Shown: positions 9,152 through 17,237 of the stretch, piece after piece
Position numbering within the stretch: the stretch's first letter is position 1
Layout of the letters: each line of letters starts with the position of its first letter
DNA from: Vicinamibacterales bacterium
GTDB lineage: Bacteria; Acidobacteriota; Vicinamibacteria; Vicinamibacterales; UBA2999
Direction of reading: 5' to 3'
DNA: 64,000 nt
Assembly (NCBI GenBank): GCA_965249205.1
Contig: CBDFLL010000002.1
Span: 170,810 to 234,809 of the forward strand
The notes under the pieces: generated by a model
Told to the model about the DNA's origin: nothing
Seen by the model: the letters and a program-made list of their open reading frames with translations, nothing else
Database searches by the model: none
Made by a program: the position numbers and the translations under genes

Positions 9152-10350
9152 CCGAAGACACGATCCGCCTTGTCCGGGGCGCCGCGCAGCGCATCGAGCA
9201 GAATACGCGACGCCACGAAGGCGCCGGTCAGGCTGCCCGACCCGCCGAGTGCGAACAGGTGGTGCGGGTAGTTGCGATGCGCGCCGACATACATCAGGCC
9301 ATCGGACGACTCACCGTAGGTCGCGTCCCACCCGTACTCCGGCCGAAGGCCTGAAATCACCGGATAGGTCATGAGGAGCTGATACATCAGCTGCCCGGTA
9401 CGTTGTACAAGTACAGCGGGCTTGGCCCTGGCGCTCGTCTCGCGCTGGTCGGCGCCTCCGATGAGCAGTCGATCGCCGGCAACCCAGCGAATACGATGAG
9501 GCGGCGTCGCCCGATCGGCCAGAACCAGCTTCGGATCGACGAGCTGCTTTCGCACAACGGCGGAGACCGGCTCTGTCAGCACGCAGTAGGTTTCGTGCCG
9601 CGTGAAATGCCGCCGTAGCGGCTTGAATTCAGCCGTGGCGCTCCCGGTCGTGACAACCACAGTGCCGGCGCGGATTGTACCGCGCGCCGTGACGACGTCC
9701 GCCTCCTTGCGCGTGAAGCGGACCTTTGTCACCGGCGACTGCTCGAAATACGTCGCGCCCCGGCGAGCGCCGGCAGTCGCCAGGCCCAGGCAGGCGCGAT
9801 ACGGATCCACCGCGAAGCCACCCGACACTTTGATGCCTCCCGCGGCGCTCAGCTTCGTCTTCGTCAGAAGCTGCCTCGGCGTCTGCCACGCAAGCCCGAG
9901 CCCCGCAGCATGGCGCGCATCAAATTCCCGGCGAAGGTGACGCGCATCGTCATCGCGAGCAACGAGCACCGTGTCCCTCGGCGCCAACTGGCAGTAAACG
10001 CGTAGGCGACGCAACAACGCTGCCCCTTCGATCGCCCCGCGTCGCCAAGCCTGAAACACATAGCGTGCGTCGCGAAGGCCATGCGCGGCGACGATGTCTC
10101 GAAACGACGGCCCAGGATCCACGTCCAGCAACCCCGCACCTCGACCAGTGCTGCCCTGGCCGATCCGCGCCGCCTCGAGCACAACGGTGTCCAGACCTGC
10201 CTTGGCACAGGCGTAGGCAATAGCACAGCCGGTGATACCGGCGCCGACGACAACGACATCCGCAGTCCGGTCGCGACGAAACCGCGGAGAGACGGGGCGG
10301 GAGGACGCCAGCGCATGAATCCAAGGCGACGAACCGTAGCGTGTGCGCAT
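9139..10350 (-). CDS. FAD-dependent oxidoreductase (DAO family)
   Basis: Rossmann motif VVVVGAGITGCAIAYACAKAG. The start is taken at MRTRYGSSPW (10350); the track start at 10443 reads through an intergenic inverted repeat. Confidence 0.7.
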   Translation of the reverse strand: MRTRYGSSPWIHALASSRPVSPRFRRDRTADVVVVGAGITGCAIAYACAKAGLDTVVLEAARIGQGSTGRGAGLLDVDPGPSFRDIVAAHGLRDARYVFQAWRRGAIEGAALLRRLRVYCQLAPRDTVLVARDDDARHLRREFDARHAAGLGLAWQTPRQLLTKTKLSAAGGIKVSGGFAVDPYRACLGLATAGARRGATYFEQSPVTKVRFTRKEADVVTARGTIRAGTVVVTTGSATAEFKPLRRHFTRHETYCVLTEPVSAVVRKQLVDPKLVLADRATPPHRIRWVAGDRLLIGGADQRETSARAKPAVLVQRTGQLMYQLLMTYPVISGLRPEYGWDATYGESSDGLMYVGAHRNYPHHLFALGGSGSLTGAFVASRILLDALRGAPDKADRVFGWTR

Positions 10351-10411
10351 CAGCGAATTGTACCTTTGACGTTTGATCTTGCCTGAATCACCGACGATTC
10401 CTGGCCTAGGA

Positions 10412-10520
10412 CTAGTGGTCTGGTTGCGAATCAGCTTGTGCACCGAGGGCAGCGAGGCGCCAGGCGCGACGACGGGGCATGCCGGGCGACGCGCTAGCTG
10501 ATTCGCAACCAGACCACTAG
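10412..10520. repeat. 24-25 bp perfect inverted repeat with a ~60-nt spacer in a divergent intergenic region
   Basis: CTAGTGGTCTGGTTGCGAATCAGC (10412-10435) is the exact reverse complement of 10497-10520. One further flanking pair, T10436/A10496, extends the match. Confidence 0.9.
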
Positions 10521-10544
10521 GTTCCAGCTAAGATCTTCCTCACC

Positions 10545-13022
10545 ATGCGACGGCTGGTCCGGGTTGCGATTCTTGTGCTCGCCGCTCTGCTGCTGACGAC
10601 CGCAGTCGGCGCGGTGTGGTTGCGCGGGCAGGTGCGGGGCAGCCTTCCGCAACTCGAGGGCGAGCGACACATGCCGGGGCTCTCGGCAACCCTTGAGATC
10701 AGCCGGGACGAACTCGGCATCCCGACCGTGCGTGGCGTCACCCGCTTGGATGTGGCCCGGGCGACTGGGTTCCTGCACGCGCAGGACAGGTTCTTCCAGA
10801 TGGATCTCGCCAGGCGTCGCGCCGCCGGTGAGCTGGCCGCGCTCGTCGGCCCGCGCGCGGTGCCGCTCGACCGCGAGATTCGCATCCATCGATTTCGCGC
10901 CGAGGCGCACCGTGCGGTGTCACTGCTTGGCGCGCACGACCTGACACTGCTCGAGGCCTACACGCAAGGCGTGAATGCGGGACTTGAGGCACTCACCGCG
11001 CCGCCTTTCGAATACCTCCTCCTGCGGCAGGCGCCAGCGCCCTGGGCGCCGGAGGACAGCCTGCTCGTCGTCCTGTCGATGTTCGTGACGTTACAGGATT
11101 CTCGCGGCGAGTTTGAGGCGACGCTCGCGACCATGCGCGACGTCCTGCCGCCAGTGATGGTCGACTTCCTCAACCCCGAAGGCTCGGAATGGGACGCGCC
11201 GCTTCTGGGTGAACCGTTCGTGGCGGCCCCGATTCCGGAAGCAGATGTGTACGACCTTCGCGCGATGCGCGCCCGCAGACCCCGACGCACACCGCTCGGG
11301 CCGTCCGCGCTCCGCCGCGAACCGTCGGCAGCAAACGAGCCTCCCTGGGCCACCCGCCTTGATAGTCACGAAGGCGATAAGGTCGCCATCGGAAGCAATA
11401 ACTTTGCGGTGGCTGGTCACCTCACCGCCGATGGTGGCGCGCTGGTGGCCAACGACATGCACCTCAGCATTCGCGTGCCCAACACCTGGTACCGCGCGTC
11501 GCTCGAGTGGTCAGACTCGTCCAGTTCCGCCGGACCGGGGCAGATCACCGGCGTGACATTGCCAGGCGTGCCCGCGGTCGTCGTCGGTAGCAACACCTAC
11601 GTCGCGTGGGGATTCACCAATACCTACGCGGACTGGGGCGACATCGTCCTGCTCGACACGGACCCCGACCGGCCGGACAGCTATCTGACGCCCGACGGGT
11701 GGCGCGCTTTCGACGAGTACGACGAAGTGATCGACGTGGCCGGCGGGCCCGCCGAGCACCAGTCGGTGCGATGGACCATCTGGGGACCTGTGCTGGAACC
11801 AGATCACGTGGGGCGACCACGCGCCTACCGGTGGGTCGCGCATTCGGCTGAGCGGCTGGCCGCGTCGCTGACGCCGCTGGAATCCGCACGCACCATCGAC
11901 GCAGCCTTCGACGAGGCCAACGGCCTTGGTACGCCGGGGCAGAACCTCGTCGCGGCTGACCGAACGGGGCGCGTCGGATGGAGCGTGTACGGCGCGATAC
12001 CGCGGCGGCGTGGTTTCGACGGCCAGACCCCCACGTCGTGGTCAGATGGCTCGCGGGGCTGGGATGGCTGGCTGGACGACAGCGAGTACCCGCGCATCAT
12101 CGATCCGCCAGGCGGGCGCGTCTGGACGGCAAACGCGCGCGTCGCCGATGGCGAGATGCTGGCCAGGCTCGGGTACGGCAACTACGAGATCGGGTCGCGC
12201 GCACGGATCATTCGCGAGCGGTTGGCTGCCCGCGACCGCTTTTCCGCGCGCGATCTGCTCGACATCCAGCTGGACACAAGCGCGGCGTTTCTGGCGCGCT
12301 GGCGTGGGCTGCTTCTCGAGACGCTCACCGTGGACGTGGTCGGAGGAGAAGGCGAACGGGCCATGTTTCGGGACATCGTCGACGACGGCTGGTCCGGCAA
12401 GGCTGAGGCTGACTCCGCCGCGTACCGCCTGGTCCGCGAGTTCAGGAACGTCGTCTCCGAGCGGGTGATCGGGTTCGTACTCTCGGAGTGCTACGAAGCG
12501 GACCGGGCGTTCGACTACACGACGGTTCGGCGCCGAGACACACCGATCTGGATGCTGGTTACCGAGCAACCGCAGCATCTGCTCGACCCGCAGTACGCGG
12601 ACTGGAACGAGATGCTGCTCGATGCCGTCGACGCGACGATCGAGCGGGCGATGCGGGATCGCGACGGCAATCTCCGACCCGGTGATCTGCGCGACCGCGT
12701 CTGGTCCGAGTACAACGTGACCACGTACCAGCATCCGCTGTCGGGCGCCGTGCCGTTTCTCGACCGCTGGCTCGACATGCCGCGCGCAGCGCTCCCCGGC
12801 GACTTGTATTCGCCGCGCGTGCAGTCGGGGGCGCAGGGCGCGTCGGAACGCATGGTCGTCTCGCCGGGGCGTGAAGCCGACGGCATCATGCAGATGCCGA
12901 CCGGCCAGAGCGGGCATCCGCTCTCGCCGTTCTACGCCAACTCCCACGACGCCTGGCTGACGGGCGAACCGACGCCATTCTTGCCCGGGCCAACCGTGCA
13001 TACGCTGACGCTTACGCCCTGA
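10545..13022 (+). CDS. penicillin acylase family protein (Ntn hydrolase; possible AHL acylase)
   Basis: 825 aa. N-terminal TM/signal region, an internal SNNFAV nucleophile motif, and size and overall sequence typical of the peptidase S45 family. Confidence 0.8.
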   Translation: MRRLVRVAILVLAALLLTTAVGAVWLRGQVRGSLPQLEGERHMPGLSATLEISRDELGIPTVRGVTRLDVARATGFLHAQDRFFQMDLARRRAAGELAALVGPRAVPLDREIRIHRFRAEAHRAVSLLGAHDLTLLEAYTQGVNAGLEALTAPPFEYLLLRQAPAPWAPEDSLLVVLSMFVTLQDSRGEFEATLATMRDVLPPVMVDFLNPEGSEWDAPLLGEPFVAAPIPEADVYDLRAMRARRPRRTPLGPSALRREPSAANEPPWATRLDSHEGDKVAIGSNNFAVAGHLTADGGALVANDMHLSIRVPNTWYRASLEWSDSSSSAGPGQITGVTLPGVPAVVVGSNTYVAWGFTNTYADWGDIVLLDTDPDRPDSYLTPDGWRAFDEYDEVIDVAGGPAEHQSVRWTIWGPVLEPDHVGRPRAYRWVAHSAERLAASLTPLESARTIDAAFDEANGLGTPGQNLVAADRTGRVGWSVYGAIPRRRGFDGQTPTSWSDGSRGWDGWLDDSEYPRIIDPPGGRVWTANARVADGEMLARLGYGNYEIGSRARIIRERLAARDRFSARDLLDIQLDTSAAFLARWRGLLLETLTVDVVGGEGERAMFRDIVDDGWSGKAEADSAAYRLVREFRNVVSERVIGFVLSECYEADRAFDYTTVRRRDTPIWMLVTEQPQHLLDPQYADWNEMLLDAVDATIERAMRDRDGNLRPGDLRDRVWSEYNVTTYQHPLSGAVPFLDRWLDMPRAALPGDLYSPRVQSGAQGASERMVVSPGREADGIMQMPTGQSGHPLSPFYANSHDAWLTGEPTPFLPGPTVHTLTLTP

Positions 13023-13357
13023 GCCCGCTGCCAGCGAGCCCCGACGCCAGCCGGCATTGTCGTCGCGAGTCTAGTTCGTGGCCGGCTTGAAGCGCTGCAC
13101 GCGCCGGCCCGTGCCCGATTCGGCCACGTAGAGATTGCCCTGGGAGTCGATGGCGAGGCCGTGCGCCACGGTGAAGTTACCAAGCTGGTGCCCGGGACGG
13201 CCGAACGACGAGAGAATCTCGCCGCTGGCATGGTCGAACACGTGGACCTGTTCGTGACGGCCGTCGAGGACGTAGAGGTAGCGTTGACCCTCGTCGCGCG
13301 AGAACGCGAGTCCCCACACGGTGCCCCGCGTATCGGGCAGGGATGCGTTACCCGTCT

Positions 13358-14401
13358 CGTGCTTATCCGGTTGTTTCAGCAAGCCACCACCGGTAGTGTA
13401 TCGGCGTGGCGCGCCCGTCGTTTCCGAAGAATCTCCGGGAGTTTCAGCGGCAATTTGCGACCGCCGAGGCCTGTCAGGACTACTTGGCGGCGTGCCGCTG
13501 GCCGGACGGCTTTGTGTGTCCCCGGTGCCGGCACGCGCGCGGCTATCGCCTGACCACACACCGGCGCTGGCAATGTGCGGCGTGCCGGTATCAGGTGTCG
13601 CTGACCGCCGGGACGATTCTCCACAACACGAAGACGCCGCTCCTGGTGTGGTTCTGGGCGGCCTATTTGACGGTTACCGACAAGCGGGGCCTCTCGGCGC
13701 TCCTGCTGCAGCGGCAGTTGGGCCTGCGGCGGTACGAAACGGCGTGGCTGCTGTTGCACAAGCTGCGGCGCGCGATGGTGAACGCGGGGCGGGAGCCCTT
13801 GTACGGCGACGTGGAGATCGATGACACCTGGGTGGGCGCGCCCCAGGCCGGCCTGCGCGGCAGTCGCCAACTCAAGGGGCGGAAAGCCGCGCTGGTGCTG
13901 GTGGCGGTGGAACGACGCGGGGATCGGTCGGGTCGGGTCCGCATGTCCGTGATCCCGAACTTCAAACAATCGACGATGCTCGCGTTCGTCACTCACCACA
14001 TTGCGCCGGGGGCGACGGTCTACACCGACGGGCTGAAAAGTTTCGATGGGCTCCAGGCCGCTGACGTGAGACACGTCGCCCGCCCGCAACCGATCCGGAG
14101 CGCCCTGCACAGGGGGGTGCCCTCCGTCGTGCCTTTGGCCGACCGCGTCATCGGCAATTGCCAACAGTGGTTGATTGGCACGCACCACGGCGTCAGCAAG
14201 GCGCAACTACAGGTCTACCTCGATGAGTTCGTGTTTCGGCACAATCGGCGGCGGCACCCGATGGCCGCCTTTCAGACCCTGCTGGGCCTGGGGACCGGAC
14301 GGACGCCCACGCCCGCCCGACGGATTCGCGGCGCGCAGGACGTGCGCCCCCCAGGCTGATCGCAAGATATAGGGGTTAGCTGAAACAACCGGATAAGCAC
14401 G
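13358..14401 (+). mobile_element. IS1595-family insertion sequence, copy 1 (1044 bp)
   Basis: 23-bp perfect terminal inverted repeats: CGTGCTTATCCGGTTGTTTCAGC ... GCTGAAACAACCGGATAAGCACG. Perfect 8-bp target duplication ACCCGTCT (13350-13357 and 14402-14409). Confidence 0.9.
13406..14359 (+). CDS. IS1595-family transposase
   Basis: 317 aa. N-terminal zinc ribbon (CPRCRH...WQCAACRYQ) and an IS1595-type DDE domain. Confidence 0.85.
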   Translation: MARPSFPKNLREFQRQFATAEACQDYLAACRWPDGFVCPRCRHARGYRLTTHRRWQCAACRYQVSLTAGTILHNTKTPLLVWFWAAYLTVTDKRGLSALLLQRQLGLRRYETAWLLLHKLRRAMVNAGREPLYGDVEIDDTWVGAPQAGLRGSRQLKGRKAALVLVAVERRGDRSGRVRMSVIPNFKQSTMLAFVTHHIAPGATVYTDGLKSFDGLQAADVRHVARPQPIRSALHRGVPSVVPLADRVIGNCQQWLIGTHHGVSKAQLQVYLDEFVFRHNRRRHPMAAFQTLLGLGTGRTPTPARRIRGAQDVRPPG

Positions 14402-15474
14402 ACCCGTCTTGACCCAGATGTTCCGGACGAACGCGCCCTCCTTGTCGAACACCTGAACGCGCAGCCCCTCGCGGTCACAGACGTACACGAGGCCTGCGTC
14501 GCTGATCGCAACACAGTGCAGGGAATAGGTGAAGGCGCCGCCAGTGCCGGCGTGAGTCTCGTCGAGCGTCGCCTGGCGGCCCCACTGACGCAGGAAATGG
14601 CCGTCCTTGTCGAAGACGGCGATGCGTTTGTTGCCGTAGCCGTCCGCGATGTAGGCATCGCCGTTGTCGGGATCGACTGCCACGCCAGCTGGGAAGAAGA
14701 ACCGGTCGTGGCCGGCATTCAACGGTTCGCGGTTGATGGAGTTGTCGGCCGCCCGAATCGCCGTGCCGTCGGACGTGTCGACGACGCCCTTGGTACCGAT
14801 CTGAAAGAGCAGCTCGCCCTCGTGCGTGTACTTCTGGGCAATGCCGTCGTTGTTGCCCACGACCCAGATGTTGTCGTCGGAGTCGAACGCGCAACCGTGG
14901 ATGCTGTCCGGTACGCGGGAGGCGTCGCCCCACGAGTTGACGAGGTTCCCGGCCGTGTCGAACAGCAGAATCGACGCAGCCGGCCTCGAGGTCTCGGCCT
15001 CCTCGTCGGTGATGTTCTGCCGGTCGAGAACCGCGATGTGGTCGTGCGAGTCGATGCACGGGTGTCCAAGCGTCGCGTTGATCCATCCGGTCGGCAGGGG
15101 ACCAGGCCAGGAGGGATCGACGTCGAATCGTGGTCCTTCCTGTGCGGCCAGCGGAAGTAGCAGTATCCAGCAAAGCGTCAATGAGGCGGCGCATGAGGCG
15201 GCAAGGGTCCGGTGCATGGTCGGTGTCCTCATGTGATTCGGCGACCGTCAATCGCAAGCCGCGAAGTCTGGCCGGTCGTTCGCGCCAAGCCTATCCCAGC
15301 CGAGCTCTCCTGCCGATCCGAATGCTCAACGGGGGTAGTGAGCCCCTCTTGATCCGAAAGTAGCCCACTACCCTCAGTGGAAGCCCATGCGCCTCGCCAG
15401 CGCGGGCGCCCTGTGGGCTAGCAGCCCCTCAAGATCTGCGTGACGCATCCGGGTGGGTCGCGTAAACTCGCCCC

Positions 15475-16524
15475 ATGAAACCGCATCTCGCCGTCACAAG
15501 TCTGGCGCTGGCTATGGCCGTCAGCGTCGCCTCAGTCAACATTGCGGCCCAGAGCCCCGGCGCGAGGGACTTCGACGAGGAAATCAGGGCCTCGCTGCAG
15601 GCGGCCAAACGGGCGGCCGGGTTCGAGTTCCTTGGCACGCTGGTGCGGACCTGTCTGCTGCCCCAGAGCGGCGGCGAGAACACAAGCGACAACCTGCCCC
15701 GGTACATCCGGGACCCCTCCAGCGTGGCGGCGCGCGACGCCTGGTACGCCGACTCCGCGAAGGTCTTCGACAACCTCTACTTCGTTGGCGGGAAGATCCA
15801 CTCATCCTGGGCGCTGACCACGAGCGACGGCATCATCATCATCGACACGATCTATCCGTACAACTCGGAAGAACTGATTGTGGGCGGCTTGACGCGGCTC
15901 GGCCTCGACCCTGAGAACATCAAGTACGTGATCATCGCCCACGCTCACGGCGACCACATCGGCGGCTCCGAGATGCTGCAGTCGCGCTACGGCGCGCAGG
16001 TTGTCATGGGTAGCGCCGACTGGGATCTCGTCGAGAAGTATCCAAATCGGTATCAGAGCATGGCGCCCAAGCGCGACGTCGTCGCGGCCGACGGCATGCA
16101 GATCACGCTCGGCGACACATCCGTGACCTTGTGGGAGACACCGGGCCACACGCCCGGCACGCTCTCGTTCACCTTCACCGCGCTGGACAACGGCAGGCCG
16201 GTCAACGTCGCGTATTCTGGTGGCACCGGCTTCAACTTCGTCAACAACACGCCGGATCCAGGCATTCGGAACTTCGACAGCTACATCGCGTCGCAACGCC
16301 ACATGGCCGCACAGGCTGCCGCCACGGGTGCGACGGTTCTGCTCTCGAATCACTCGGAGTTCGACAACGCGGTCAGCAAGAACCGCATGCTCGCCGGTCG
16401 CGGCGACGGTTCGCATCCGTACGAGGTCGGCGCTGACTGGGTCGCGAGATATTTTCAGGTTTTGGAAAACTGTGCCCGGGCGGCACAGCTCAGGCTGGAG
16501 CAGGAGCAGGCGAACCCACATTAG
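15475..16524 (+). CDS. MBL-fold metallo-hydrolase, secreted (B3-like HxHxDH motif)
   Basis: 349 aa. Signal peptide present, plus the HAHGDHIGG metal-binding motif. Confidence 0.75.
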   Translation: MKPHLAVTSLALAMAVSVASVNIAAQSPGARDFDEEIRASLQAAKRAAGFEFLGTLVRTCLLPQSGGENTSDNLPRYIRDPSSVAARDAWYADSAKVFDNLYFVGGKIHSSWALTTSDGIIIIDTIYPYNSEELIVGGLTRLGLDPENIKYVIIAHAHGDHIGGSEMLQSRYGAQVVMGSADWDLVEKYPNRYQSMAPKRDVVAADGMQITLGDTSVTLWETPGHTPGTLSFTFTALDNGRPVNVAYSGGTGFNFVNNTPDPGIRNFDSYIASQRHMAAQAAATGATVLLSNHSEFDNAVSKNRMLAGRGDGSHPYEVGADWVARYFQVLENCARAAQLRLEQEQANPH

Positions 16525-16600
16525 CCGACGGTAGCCGGCCCGCGACTCCGGAAGCACCGGGATCGTTCTACGCGGGTCGCGGCAAGACTGAAAGACGCCA

Positions 16601-16972
16601 ATGGCAGCAGACACCCCGCGCCACGACGACCTGCACGACCTCGTGGCCACCGCTCACCGGGATCGCGACCGGCGCGCCCGCAGCTATCGAGCCCGCGCGC
16701 TGCAGTTGTTTCCGCCTGTCTGCGGCGTGTGCGGCCGCGACTTCGCCGGGGCAAAGCTTCGCGAGCTCACCGTGCACCACAAGGATCACAACCACGACAA
16801 CAACCCACCGGACGGCAGCAATTGGGAGTTGCTCTGCGTCTACTGCCACGACAATGAGCACGGTCGAAAGGACGTCGCCGACGCGTATACAGGTTCGTCT
16901 GACGCGGACGCTCCGGCGCCGTCCACCTACCAGCCATTCGCCGGTCTCGACAAGCTGTTAAAGAAACCGTAG
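16601..16972 (+). CDS. yajD: YajD-family HNH nuclease-like protein
   Basis: LRELTVHHKDHNHDNNPPDGSNWELLCVYCHDNEH closely parallels E. coli YajD (LRELTVHHIDHDHTNNPEDGSNWELLCLYCHDHEH). Confidence 0.8.
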   Translation: MAADTPRHDDLHDLVATAHRDRDRRARSYRARALQLFPPVCGVCGRDFAGAKLRELTVHHKDHNHDNNPPDGSNWELLCVYCHDNEHGRKDVADAYTGSSDADAPAPSTYQPFAGLDKLLKKP

Positions 16973-16979
16973 TCAGGAC

Positions 16980-17237
16980 CCGGTTTCATAGCCTCCAGCC
17001 AGGTCCCGTCCGCGGACAGCCCCATTCGTGGCCAGATGTGTCACCGGCCATGAGCCGCGGCACCTCCTCTGCAAACCGGCTCCGCTCGCATCACAGACGG
17101 ATCCAGGAGGGAACATCTTGCCTCGCGTCGCGGCTGGCGCCAGCCCTACGGTTTGCGCCGGAGGTGCCGCGCCTCACAGCCGGTGGTAATCACTAAGCGG
17201 TGACTCGCGGCCACCCGCAACGAGATTATGAATCCGG
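16980..17237 (+). repeat. MITE-like repeat unit, left copy (~258 bp)
   Basis: The 183-nt core 17011-17193 equals the reverse complement of 20549-20731 with 5 mismatches (hand alignment). The unit has its own terminal inverted repeats: 16980-16995 against 17222-17237, 13/16. Confidence 0.8.

Larger units (their letters stand above)
13071..15232 (-). pseudogene. NHL-repeat secreted protein gene split by an IS1595-family insertion
   Basis: The N-terminal part (14402..15232) ends ...FVRNIWVKTG. The C-terminal part (13071..13357) continues NASLPDTRGTVWGLAFSRDEG... Removing the IS plus one 8-bp duplication restores a single 1110-nt (369-aa) frame. Confidence 0.85.

Noticed and set aside
15333-15373. 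An 8-bp inverted repeat, GGGTAGTG ... CACTACCC, in the NHL/MBL divergent intergenic region.
   Set aside because: The stem is short, the loop is 25 nt, and the sequence is not repeated elsewhere in the window. It is within chance expectation for GC-rich DNA.
16601-16972. YajD-like HNH protein as an effector partner of the TIR-STAND protein.
   Set aside because: The two genes are convergent and separated by the left repeat unit. YajD is a broadly conserved stand-alone protein in many bacteria. The adjacency is most simply explained by the insertion site.
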